A DNA stretch of 64,000 bases from Candidatus Cloacimonadales bacterium (GTDB lineage Bacteria; Cloacimonadota; Cloacimonadia; Cloacimonadales; JAFGVF01), in contig OY782831.1 of the NCBI GenBank assembly GCA_963678375.2, positions 1,087,030 through 1,151,029 on the forward strand, given 5' to 3'. The notes below the pieces were generated by a model. That model worked only from the letters and a program-made list of their open reading frames with translations, did not search any database and was not told the DNA's origin. Numbering within the stretch: position 1 is the first letter of the stretch; every line of letters begins with the position of its first letter. A program made the position numbers and the translations under genes. This document shows, piece after piece, positions 28,035-36,690 of this stretch.

Positions 28035-30386
28035 ATGAAAAAAAGCTTACTTCTATTACTTTTAGCAACCACAAGCCTGCTATTTAGTCAGGGAACTTTA
28101 CCTGATTGCTATCCAACCAACCAAGAAATCACTGATCAGATTCTTCAATATCAAGAAGACTACCCTGAAATTTGCCAAGTTTCAATAGCTGGTTACTCTC
28201 AACAAGACAATTTACCTATCTATTTGGTTAAATTATCTCAAGATGTTGAAGAATTTCAAGCTGAAAAACCTGTTGTTTTGTTTAGCTCTCTTATCCACGC
28301 TGAAGAAGTTTTAGGTATTCCTATTACTCTTAAAACCATGGATGAGATTCTCACAAACCAAAATAGTGCTCCATACTCTAATTGGTTGCAACATTTACAA
28401 ATCTACTTTATACCTACTTTAAATCCTGAAGGTTATCAAGTAGTAACTGATGGACTTGACACTTCTTTCCGCAAAAACAAACGTGATAATGATGAAAATG
28501 GTTTGTTTGATTTCAATGCTGTAGTTGGCCATGATATTGATGGTGTAGACCCTAACCGTAACTTCCCTCTAAATTGGGTACACGGAGACACACTTTATTC
28601 TACTTCTGGACTTGAAGTATATGATTACTATCGCGGACCAGCTCCCCTATCTGAATCAGAAGTTAATGTTATTTGGGATTTTGTTGAAGAATATAAACCA
28701 GTTTATTCAATCCAATGGCATTCATCTAGAACAGGTAATTTATCTGAAAAAGTCTACTATCCTTGGAATTGGTACAATCTTAGACCTTCACCTGATGTCG
28801 ATATGTCAGAACAATTGGGTCTAGGTATTGCTACTAATATGCTTAAAGAAAATCAAGCAAACACTTATGAGTGCTACCCTGGTACAGGTCGTAAGGGGAG
28901 TCAAGATCATTCCCTTTATCAAGCTTTTGGAACCCTACAAATCTTAGTTGAATGTGGAACCCTTAACCTTCAACCTGAAGAAGATGGTATGAACTTTGTT
29001 GCCCAACAAGGCTATAACGCTTCAGCTTGGATGCTTAATAGAGCTCTCCCTACCAGTATTGATACAGATTCAAACTCTATGCTAACTGGTGTTATTACTG
29101 ATGCTGTTACAGGCCAACCTTTAGAAGCAGAAATTGAAATTGACGGGAGAAATCAGAGATATCTAAGACCTAGATTATCACTAGCTGAAAGTGGAAGATA
29201 CTTCCGTCCTTTAGTTAATGGACAATATACTCTTATTGTTAAAAAAGAAGGCTATTATACCCATACTCAAAATATTACTGTCTATAATGTTAGAACTACT
29301 AAAAATGTAGAACTAAATCCACTTCCTGCTCCCAACTCAAGCCTAGCACTTAATGTTGAAGGTTTCTGGGGACAAGGCAAGGTAAAACTGGAATATTTAG
29401 ATATAGCTGACCATGTAGTTGAAGTTGATGATTTATCTCCTGATAATGTTAACAATATCGACCTTATTTCTGGAGATGTTATCCTTACTTTTGAAAGTGA
29501 AGATCGCTATTTCACTGATGAATTCACTATTCCTGCCGGTCCTTCTGCTATTAATATAGATCTTAATAATTTCCAAGATCTCTTCACTGATAACTTCGAG
29601 AACTTAGATAACTGGACAGGGACTGACAACTGGGCTATTACTTCATATACTAATTCTGAAGGAATTTCTCAATCATTTATGTCAGACTCTAAACACTGGA
29701 ACTTTACCTTTGAATCAGGTTTTGATAACTCTTTCTATGAACATAATTGCGATTATCATTTAACTACTACTGAGCCAATTTCTATTAACCCAGATAATAT
29801 TAATTATATCGAATTGGAACATTGGCTTTATACTGAATGGGATTATGACTGGGCAACAGTTTATATTAGCCCTGATGGAGTAAACTGGATAGATACACCT
29901 GTTTGGACCGAATCTGGTCAGTTTGACTACCTTCATAAAGATTGGATTAAAATTCCTGAAGATTTCAGCTCAAATCAACTTTACATCACCTTATCACTCA
30001 CTGATGATGGTGCTGAACAGAGATTGGTTGACCCAGGTTGGAATATTAACAAGATTTCAGTTAAATCTTTTTCACCTCTTGTAACTTCAAATGAAAATGA
30101 TGCTATTCAACCTTCAACTTCAATCCTAGGAAAAAACTATCCTAACCCATTTAATCCTGAAACCTCAATCAGCTTTAATTTAGATAATAATTTGAATAAA
30201 AATGCTAAGATTGAAATTTATAACTTAAGGGGTCAGAAAGTGAAACAAATCCCTCTTCATGAAAATGAGATTAAAGCTGGAAAAGTTACTTGGAATGCTG
30301 AAGATCAAGCTTCTGGTGTTTACCTATATCGCTTGACTTCTGATGGTATTGTGATTGATACTAAAAAAGCTACACTAATGAAATAA
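28035..30386 (+). CDS. M14-family zinc carboxypeptidase-like protein with a carboxypeptidase-regulatory-like domain and a T9SS C-terminal domain
   Basis: Signal peptide. 'SLIHAEEVLG' (HxxE), 'GVDPNRNF', 'GVITDAVTGQPLEAEIEI'. C-terminus 'KNYPNPFNPETSISF...SGVYLYRL'. Confidence 0.7.
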   Translation: MKKSLLLLLLATTSLLFSQGTLPDCYPTNQEITDQILQYQEDYPEICQVSIAGYSQQDNLPIYLVKLSQDVEEFQAEKPVVLFSSLIHAEEVLGIPITLKTMDEILTNQNSAPYSNWLQHLQIYFIPTLNPEGYQVVTDGLDTSFRKNKRDNDENGLFDFNAVVGHDIDGVDPNRNFPLNWVHGDTLYSTSGLEVYDYYRGPAPLSESEVNVIWDFVEEYKPVYSIQWHSSRTGNLSEKVYYPWNWYNLRPSPDVDMSEQLGLGIATNMLKENQANTYECYPGTGRKGSQDHSLYQAFGTLQILVECGTLNLQPEEDGMNFVAQQGYNASAWMLNRALPTSIDTDSNSMLTGVITDAVTGQPLEAEIEIDGRNQRYLRPRLSLAESGRYFRPLVNGQYTLIVKKEGYYTHTQNITVYNVRTTKNVELNPLPAPNSSLALNVEGFWGQGKVKLEYLDIADHVVEVDDLSPDNVNNIDLISGDVILTFESEDRYFTDEFTIPAGPSAINIDLNNFQDLFTDNFENLDNWTGTDNWAITSYTNSEGISQSFMSDSKHWNFTFESGFDNSFYEHNCDYHLTTTEPISINPDNINYIELEHWLYTEWDYDWATVYISPDGVNWIDTPVWTESGQFDYLHKDWIKIPEDFSSNQLYITLSLTDDGAEQRLVDPGWNINKISVKSFSPLVTSNENDAIQPSTSILGKNYPNPFNPETSISFNLDNNLNKNAKIEIYNLRGQKVKQIPLHENEIKAGKVTWNAEDQASGVYLYRLTSDGIVIDTKKATLMK

Positions 30387-30419
30387 AGTTCATTTATAAC
30401 TAATAAATATACTCATATT

Positions 30420-30446
30420 AAAGCCCCGTAAATGGGGCTTTTTTTA
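30420..30446 (+). terminator. Rho-independent terminator (left edge of the A+T-rich island)
   Basis: AGCCCC, GTAAAT loop, GGGGCT, followed by T7. Confidence 0.85.
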
Positions 30447-30508
30447 ATATCTTCAGTATAGAACTGTTTCACCTAGCATTGAACAAAATCATAAAAATAC
30501 AAAATTTT

Positions 30509-30538
30509 TTGTTACTTTTTCTATTAATCTCTTATAAT
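30509..30538 (+). promoter_or_regulatory. Candidate promoter of the AAA+ ATPase gene
   Basis: TTGTTA (30509-30514), an 18-nt spacer, TATAAT (30533-30538), then GGAGG and ATG 30563. Confidence 0.35.
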
Positions 30539-30562
30539 ATAAAAACTAATTGGAGGTTTTTT

Positions 30563-32401
30563 ATGAAAGTATACAAATACTTGGCTGAAATTGGAGATTT
30601 GATATGTTTACAAAAGGATAAAACTGATTTGGATTCTTTGATAGATAATTTTATAAACCTAGAGATAATAAAGCCCTACTCTTTAAGCAGTTTTGATATT
30701 AAATTTATAGCATGCATGTGGATCGAAGTAATTGAGAACAATACTACTACAACAGATATATTTAGTATTCTATCAAAATTTATCACATCCCGAAATGAAC
30801 ATCTAGATTCTTTCGACAATATTATTACTTTGTTAAAAAAAGATATTCTATACTCTTCTATTAAAGAAGTAATAATCTTGGATAATTGGTTAGAAGATAC
30901 AAATATATATATAAATTATAAAAAGAGTGAACTAATAACTTGTAAGATTGAATTTCATAGAGATTTTATACAGCTACTTTTTGGAGAAAAAAAAATCAAG
31001 CAAGTAGATAGTAACATCCCTTATGAGAACAACCTAGAATATCTTAGTGATTGGTTCTCTTATCTTGAATACCTCAACAATTTTAAAGACGAGAAGTCAT
31101 GTTCTACTTGTAAAAACAAAATCTTATCTTCTTATAGGGCTCAAACTTACTTAAAGGTCTTTAACTGGAGAATTAAAATAAACAATAGATTGAAATTATC
31201 CAATCAGACATTTGCATTTGATACTCTTAGTGAAGAATTTAATTTAAATACAAAAGAGAAGATAATTCTTATGTATCTTGTAAAAGCAAAATTAGAGGGT
31301 GAAATATTTTCTACTAAAGATGTTGTTGAGCTTATTAGTATAAATCAAAATGAGATATTTGCTAATAAGCAATATCTTGACCCAAAGGGACACTTAGCTA
31401 AAAGCAGATTAATTGAATTTACAGAAAGCTCATCGCTTATTTCAGAAGACATAGATATTAAAATTTCAACAGATATCATAAATAGAATTTTCAATAAAGA
31501 GCCTGTGACTGATGAAGATAAAATAAAACAAATCATAGAAAGTGATAGTATATTTACCTTGATAAAACCCACACAGACTTTTGAACAGCTAATTCTTCCT
31601 TTAGATATTAAGGATACGATAAAAACATCTCTTAAACTATATGACCGAACAGTTAGTTCCACAATGCAATCATGGGGCCTGTTGGAAAAACCTGCTAATT
31701 TGCTTGGAGATGATAAAAGGCATAAACAAAGTCTGTTGATGCTCTTTTACGGACAGCCAGGTACAGGCAAAACATTTACGGCAAGAGTAATAGCAAATTA
31801 TTTAGGTAAATACTTATTAGTAACTGATATAAGCAAACTAAAATCTAAATGGGTAGGAGAGAGTGAAAAGAATATTAAACGTTTGTTTACTACTTATGAG
31901 AAAATAGTCAGAAAAGTTGAAAATCCTCCTGTATTACTGCTTAATGAAGCAGATCAATTTTTAACTAAAAGAAATAGTAAGTCTGGAAATCCTGTTGAGA
32001 ACATGCTTAATTCTATGCAAAACTTATTCTTGGAATCTTTCGAAAACCTTGATGGCTTTTTAATAGCTACTACTAATCTAGTAGATAATCTTGATGAAGC
32101 CTTTAGTAGAAGATTTCACCTTAAATTTAAGTTACCATCACCTACAGCAAATGAAAGATTAAAATTATGGAAATCCAAACTTCCCAATATTATTCCAGGG
32201 TATGAAGATATTGATTTGATTTATCTAGCCAATAACTATAATCTAACAGGTGGACAAATCGATGTGATTATCCAAAATGCTTGTACTCAAGCAGCAGCAA
32301 AAGAGGTGCCTTTATTGACACAAACTGATTTAGAAAAATACTGCAATCTCGAGAAGAATAGTGCCTTTGATAAAACTAAAAGAAAACTTATAGGGTTTTA
32401 G
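30563..32401 (+). CDS. AAA+ ATPase (classical AAA clade) with an uncharacterised N-terminal region of about 390 aa
   Basis: ATG 30563 follows GGAGG; the track's TTG start at 30479 is rejected. Walker A 'GQPGTGKT', Walker B region 'VLLLNEADQF', 'ATTNLVDNLDEAFSRRF' (sensor-1/Arg finger region). Confidence 0.75.
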   Translation: MKVYKYLAEIGDLICLQKDKTDLDSLIDNFINLEIIKPYSLSSFDIKFIACMWIEVIENNTTTTDIFSILSKFITSRNEHLDSFDNIITLLKKDILYSSIKEVIILDNWLEDTNIYINYKKSELITCKIEFHRDFIQLLFGEKKIKQVDSNIPYENNLEYLSDWFSYLEYLNNFKDEKSCSTCKNKILSSYRAQTYLKVFNWRIKINNRLKLSNQTFAFDTLSEEFNLNTKEKIILMYLVKAKLEGEIFSTKDVVELISINQNEIFANKQYLDPKGHLAKSRLIEFTESSSLISEDIDIKISTDIINRIFNKEPVTDEDKIKQIIESDSIFTLIKPTQTFEQLILPLDIKDTIKTSLKLYDRTVSSTMQSWGLLEKPANLLGDDKRHKQSLLMLFYGQPGTGKTFTARVIANYLGKYLLVTDISKLKSKWVGESEKNIKRLFTTYEKIVRKVENPPVLLLNEADQFLTKRNSKSGNPVENMLNSMQNLFLESFENLDGFLIATTNLVDNLDEAFSRRFHLKFKLPSPTANERLKLWKSKLPNIIPGYEDIDLIYLANNYNLTGGQIDVIIQNACTQAAAKEVPLLTQTDLEKYCNLEKNSAFDKTKRKLIGF

Positions 32402-32570
32402 AAATACCATGCATGAGATTAATAATATGAATATAGTTTTTATATATTTGATAGGCTATTTCATTGAATTGAGTTTTTAATGCATGTTAATTTTTATAAA
32501 ATATATTGACTAGAAATTTATAGCTGTTTATTTTTGTTGAAGTTAAAGAAATCTAAGCAAGGAGTTTGTC

Positions 32571-34634
32571 ATGACAGATAATAAGTATGGTTTGATTTTG
32601 ATTGAAGATTTATTTAAAAACAAAAATTTTATAATTCCTGATTATCAAAGAGGATATTCTTGGGAAATAGAACATCAAGAAGCTTTCTTAAAAGATGTTA
32701 TGAGAGCAATCGAGTTAGATGATTATATCCATTTCACAGGAACGATTGTTGTTCATCATACTGAAAATGGATATGAAGTTGTAGATGGCCAACAGAGACT
32801 TACAACTTTAGTAATACTTCTAAAAGTACTTTATAATAAGATTAACAAGGAAATATCTTTCGAAGAGTTTAATAAAAAGTTTTCATTGCAATTAAATAAA
32901 GAAACCAATGACTTTTATAAGGGAATTTTATTTTTCAATACTAACCCAGCAATAGATAACAAATCTTGTAGAAGTATTAAAAATTGTTACGACTTATTTA
33001 ATGAAAAGCTAGATGATATTATTCCCAACGTTGATTTAAAAGACTTTGAAGCACAACTAATGAAAAAGATTGGATTTCTTTTTTACATTACAACTAATCA
33101 TAAAAATATTGGAGCAATGTTCGAAATCATTAACAACAGAGGAAAAAGTTTAAGCCAATTAGAAAAAATAAAAAACTATCTTATTTATTATGCTACAGTC
33201 AACAACAATGTTGAAATTAAAGAACTAATTAATACTTTATGGGGAAAAATATTATATAACCTCATGAAGTGTAATAAAGTTAGTAATGAAGAAGAGAATA
33301 GTTTTTTAAGATATCTTTGGGTCGTTTTTTCTGATACAAAAATTAAAGATAGTTATGATATTTATAGTCTAGTAAAAGATGCTTTCCCAGATGAGGGTGA
33401 CATAGCAAATATTGAGGATGTAAAAAGTTTCATACACTTCATCCATTCATCCTCACGTGCATACCTTGAATTATTTACAAGTGATAATATTTTTTGTATG
33501 AACCTAAGAAACCATAGCCCTTTGGTTCCAATATTACCATTGTTCATTAGCATAAAAAATAGTGAAAACGTAGATGAAGAAGAAAAAAATGAGCTCTTGA
33601 ATTTGATTGAGATTTTAAATTTTAGAGTTTATGTTCTTCCATCCAAACAAAGATCTGATAAAGGACAAAGTACTTTATTTGCTTTAGCATATCAGTTTTA
33701 TAACGATAAATTTGAAATAAACAAGGATGACAAAAATGAAATTGAATTATTTAATAACAAAGATGACACACTTAAAAAAAATCTTAGTGTCGAAGTACTT
33801 AAGTATAGATTGATAAAATTTATTAATGAAAATTGTGATGAAAATACTTTTGTTCAGAATTTAACATTAGACATAGGAGAGAAATATGATTATTATAAAT
33901 GGAACGGATTGAAATTTTTCCTTGCAAATTATGAAGTATATCTATCCCAAGAGAAAGACGGAAGAACAGAGAAAATTGAATCATATCTAAATGCACAAGG
34001 TAATGAAAGAAATGATAAACAAGAAAAAGAGCATATTTGGGCAAGAGCAAACAGAGAATTTGAGACTGTAATAACTACTATAAATGATAAAAAGGAAAAA
34101 ATTAAACAAATTAATTTAACAAATCTGCATGAGAAATCTAGATTAGGAAATTTTGTGTTATTACATAAGAATACTAACATTGTGGCTTCAAATAGTGATT
34201 TGTCTAATTTTGAGGGAAAAGTAGCAAGTAAATATCTTGTTCATCATACAAAGAGTAAAAATACAAAAAAAGAAGTAAACTTCAAATTAAATGAATATAA
34301 AAAAATAAATAAGCAAAACATCCAAGTGAATAATTTAGAAGAATATCATAATAATTCTAAACAATATATCACTGACAGTAAAAAAGATTATAAATTCAGA
34401 TTTTTAGATTATTATCAAAATATTATAGATTTAAATGAAACAGAGTTAGTAAATTTTGCTTTAAAGAGATGGAGTTATCCAAACGAGAAATTAAATAAGT
34501 TTATAATAGATTCTAAATTAGCTCAACTGAAATATCAAAAATCCAAAGATTCTGTTAAAGTATACTTCAAAAAAAGTGAATATAAAGAAAGTATTAAAAA
34601 TGCAAATAATATCTTTAATAATCAAAAAATATAA
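32571..34634 (+). CDS. DUF262/DUF1524 (GmrSD-like) putative type IV restriction/defence nuclease
   Basis: N-terminal 'IIPDYQRGYSWE' and 'VVDGQQRLTT' (DUF262, ParB-like NTPase). C-terminal 'EKEHIWAR' and 'LGNFVLLHKNTNIVASN' (DUF1524 His-Me finger). Confidence 0.75.
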   Translation: MTDNKYGLILIEDLFKNKNFIIPDYQRGYSWEIEHQEAFLKDVMRAIELDDYIHFTGTIVVHHTENGYEVVDGQQRLTTLVILLKVLYNKINKEISFEEFNKKFSLQLNKETNDFYKGILFFNTNPAIDNKSCRSIKNCYDLFNEKLDDIIPNVDLKDFEAQLMKKIGFLFYITTNHKNIGAMFEIINNRGKSLSQLEKIKNYLIYYATVNNNVEIKELINTLWGKILYNLMKCNKVSNEEENSFLRYLWVVFSDTKIKDSYDIYSLVKDAFPDEGDIANIEDVKSFIHFIHSSSRAYLELFTSDNIFCMNLRNHSPLVPILPLFISIKNSENVDEEEKNELLNLIEILNFRVYVLPSKQRSDKGQSTLFALAYQFYNDKFEINKDDKNEIELFNNKDDTLKKNLSVEVLKYRLIKFINENCDENTFVQNLTLDIGEKYDYYKWNGLKFFLANYEVYLSQEKDGRTEKIESYLNAQGNERNDKQEKEHIWARANREFETVITTINDKKEKIKQINLTNLHEKSRLGNFVLLHKNTNIVASNSDLSNFEGKVASKYLVHHTKSKNTKKEVNFKLNEYKKINKQNIQVNNLEEYHNNSKQYITDSKKDYKFRFLDYYQNIIDLNETELVNFALKRWSYPNEKLNKFIIDSKLAQLKYQKSKDSVKVYFKKSEYKESIKNANNIFNNQKI

Positions 34635-34940
34635 TAGTTTTTATATTGTTTAAAATGTCTATCAATAAATAAGATTAAGTACAGTGGGAAAAAACATGGA
34701 TTTATTATAATAACTTGTTGGCACGATATTAAACCCCTACAGGGTTGCTTTAGTTTCGGTTATTATACCTAGGGTGACACTCCTAATTGGAGCTTACCCC
34801 AGGCTAAATTACTAATCCCTTTGAGTCTTCGCTAAAGCTATGCCTTAACAGGTCAGGGATATTTTGAATATAATCATACTAATGATAAAATTTAGTCTTT
34901 AACAATTTTCTTCCACCAGACTTGAACTTGAGCCTTCTAT

Positions 34941-35804
34941 TTAAAGATATCTTGATGCTAAATAATCAATATAATCCTTATGGTTTTGATAATGTTTCTT
35001 ATAAAGTTTAACTATCAATTCTTGATAAGATAGCGAAATGAAATTTATCTTATCTTTTTTAGCGATTTTTTTAAACTCTTCAATTTCAGATCTGTGTTGC
35101 TGACCTTCACATCCAAATGTATCATACCATAAATAAAGAAGCTTAAAAGCTTTCTTATTTTTGTATTTTTCATTTAATCCAAGTATGTGTTTGATTAATT
35201 GAGCTATGTGTAAATGTTTTATATCTTTTTCATCAGGTGATATTTTAATAGCTAATTGTTTTAAATTCGGTAAGTCTTTCCAAATATCCTTTTTTAAATA
35301 TATGCCTTGCACTCCACTTTGTTTTTTGGCGGGATATGCTTCAGTAAATTTACATTCGATTGCAAAAACTTCGATTTTTGAGTTCTTCTTATTTTTAATT
35401 ACTACATCTATATTTGGTGATTTTTGAAAAGATTTATCAATTATATATTTTTCCTCAAAAACAATACTTGATGAGATCTTATTACTTTCTCTGCAAAATC
35501 CACAAGCTGATGCAATCTGAGATATGTCTTTATTAATCCAGTATTGAAAAATGTTAAGCCCTAAGGCTGAGGAAGAATGTAAAGCATTCATCTTAGCTTT
35601 AATATTCCCCTTTGAAGTCAACTCTCCACCATCAGCAACCTTAAACATTTCCTTAATATCTTCAGATATAGGCATAAAAAAATTATCCTCTAAGGAATCA
35701 CAGTATATTTCTCGTCCACTTATTGTCTCACTACCAACCAGTTTTATGTTGTTTCTTTTTGCCCACAACTCTAGCTTGTTTAGTATTATTTCTTTGCTGT
35801 TCAT
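34941..35804 (-). CDS. Predicted PD-(D/E)xK-fold nuclease (restriction-endonuclease-like), convergent with the GmrSD-like gene
   Basis: 'PNIDVVIKNKKNSKIEVFAIECKFTE' fits the D...(D/E)xK pattern. 'ALHSSSALGLNIF' lies upstream. No adjacent methyltransferase. Confidence 0.5.
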   Translation of the reverse strand: MNSKEIILNKLELWAKRNNIKLVGSETISGREIYCDSLEDNFFMPISEDIKEMFKVADGGELTSKGNIKAKMNALHSSSALGLNIFQYWINKDISQIASACGFCRESNKISSSIVFEEKYIIDKSFQKSPNIDVVIKNKKNSKIEVFAIECKFTEAYPAKKQSGVQGIYLKKDIWKDLPNLKQLAIKISPDEKDIKHLHIAQLIKHILGLNEKYKNKKAFKLLYLWYDTFGCEGQQHRSEIEEFKKIAKKDKINFISLSYQELIVKLYKKHYQNHKDYIDYLASRYL

Positions 35805-35950
35805 CTATTCTCCTAAGTTTTTAATTTTTCCAATAAAACAAGATATCTCCACCTATTCTTGATTGCTACTTTCCTTATTAAAATCCAATAACTTATGGAG
35901 AGATTAACAATCAAGAAAGCAAAAGAAAGGAAAGTTTATTTTTATAAAAC

Positions 35951-36688
35951 CTAGCTAGAGAATTCTTTAAGGTATTTCTCTGCTTGAGTTAAATCTGCAG
36001 GAGTATCAATGCCAATACCAGTATAAGTGGTTTTAACCATCTTAATTTTAAAACCATTTTCTAAGAATCTTAACTGTTCAAGTTTCTCAATCTTTTCTAA
36101 AGGACTTTGCTCAAGATTAACAAAATCAAGTAATGCTTGTTTTCTATAAGCATAAACTCCAACATGTTTAAAATATTTAACATCAGAAATTTTATCACGA
36201 TTAAAAGGTATTGGAGAACGAGAGAAATACAAGGCCTGGTGATTTACTCCACAAACAACTTTTACATTATTAGGATTAGAAATCTCTTCTTGGTCTTTAA
36301 TTTCATGCATCAAGGAAGCAAGGTTAACGCTTTTGTCTTCAAAAGCTGCTATAAGCTCTTTGAGAGGTTCAATTTTAATAAAAGGTTCATCACCCTGGAC
36401 ATTGATTATTAGGTCGTAATCCAGTTCCTGAACAACTTCTGCTATTCTATCAGTACCACTTTGATGATTCTCAGATGTTAGGATACAAGTAGCTCCAAAA
36501 TCTTGAACTCTCTTTTGAATCATTTCATTATCTGTTGCTATAATAATAGGAAGGTTAAGTCCTTTAACGGCTTCATATACATGTTGAATAATAGGTTTAT
36601 TTGCAAGAGAAACAAGGGGCTTACCAGGGAAGCGAGTAGAGGCAAATCTGGCAGGTATAACAATAATTGTCTTTAAATTTGAACTCAT
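35951..36688 (-). CDS. kdsB: 3-deoxy-manno-octulosonate cytidylyltransferase
   Basis: 'IVIPARFASTRFPGKPL', 'SGTDRIAE', 'NVQGDEPFI'. Confidence 0.9.
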   Translation of the reverse strand: MSSNLKTIIVIPARFASTRFPGKPLVSLANKPIIQHVYEAVKGLNLPIIIATDNEMIQKRVQDFGATCILTSENHQSGTDRIAEVVQELDYDLIINVQGDEPFIKIEPLKELIAAFEDKSVNLASLMHEIKDQEEISNPNNVKVVCGVNHQALYFSRSPIPFNRDKISDVKYFKHVGVYAYRKQALLDFVNLEQSPLEKIEKLEQLRFLENGFKIKMVKTTYTGIGIDTPADLTQAEKYLKEFSS

Positions 36689-36690
36689 AA

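Noticed and set aside
32409-32480. A 23-aa hydrophobic mini-ORF (MHEINNMNIVFIYLIGYFIELSF) between the AAA+ and GmrSD-like genes
   Set aside because: It has no recognisable SD, it is very short, and the background is A+T-rich, where such ORFs arise by chance. It cannot be supported without conservation or expression data.
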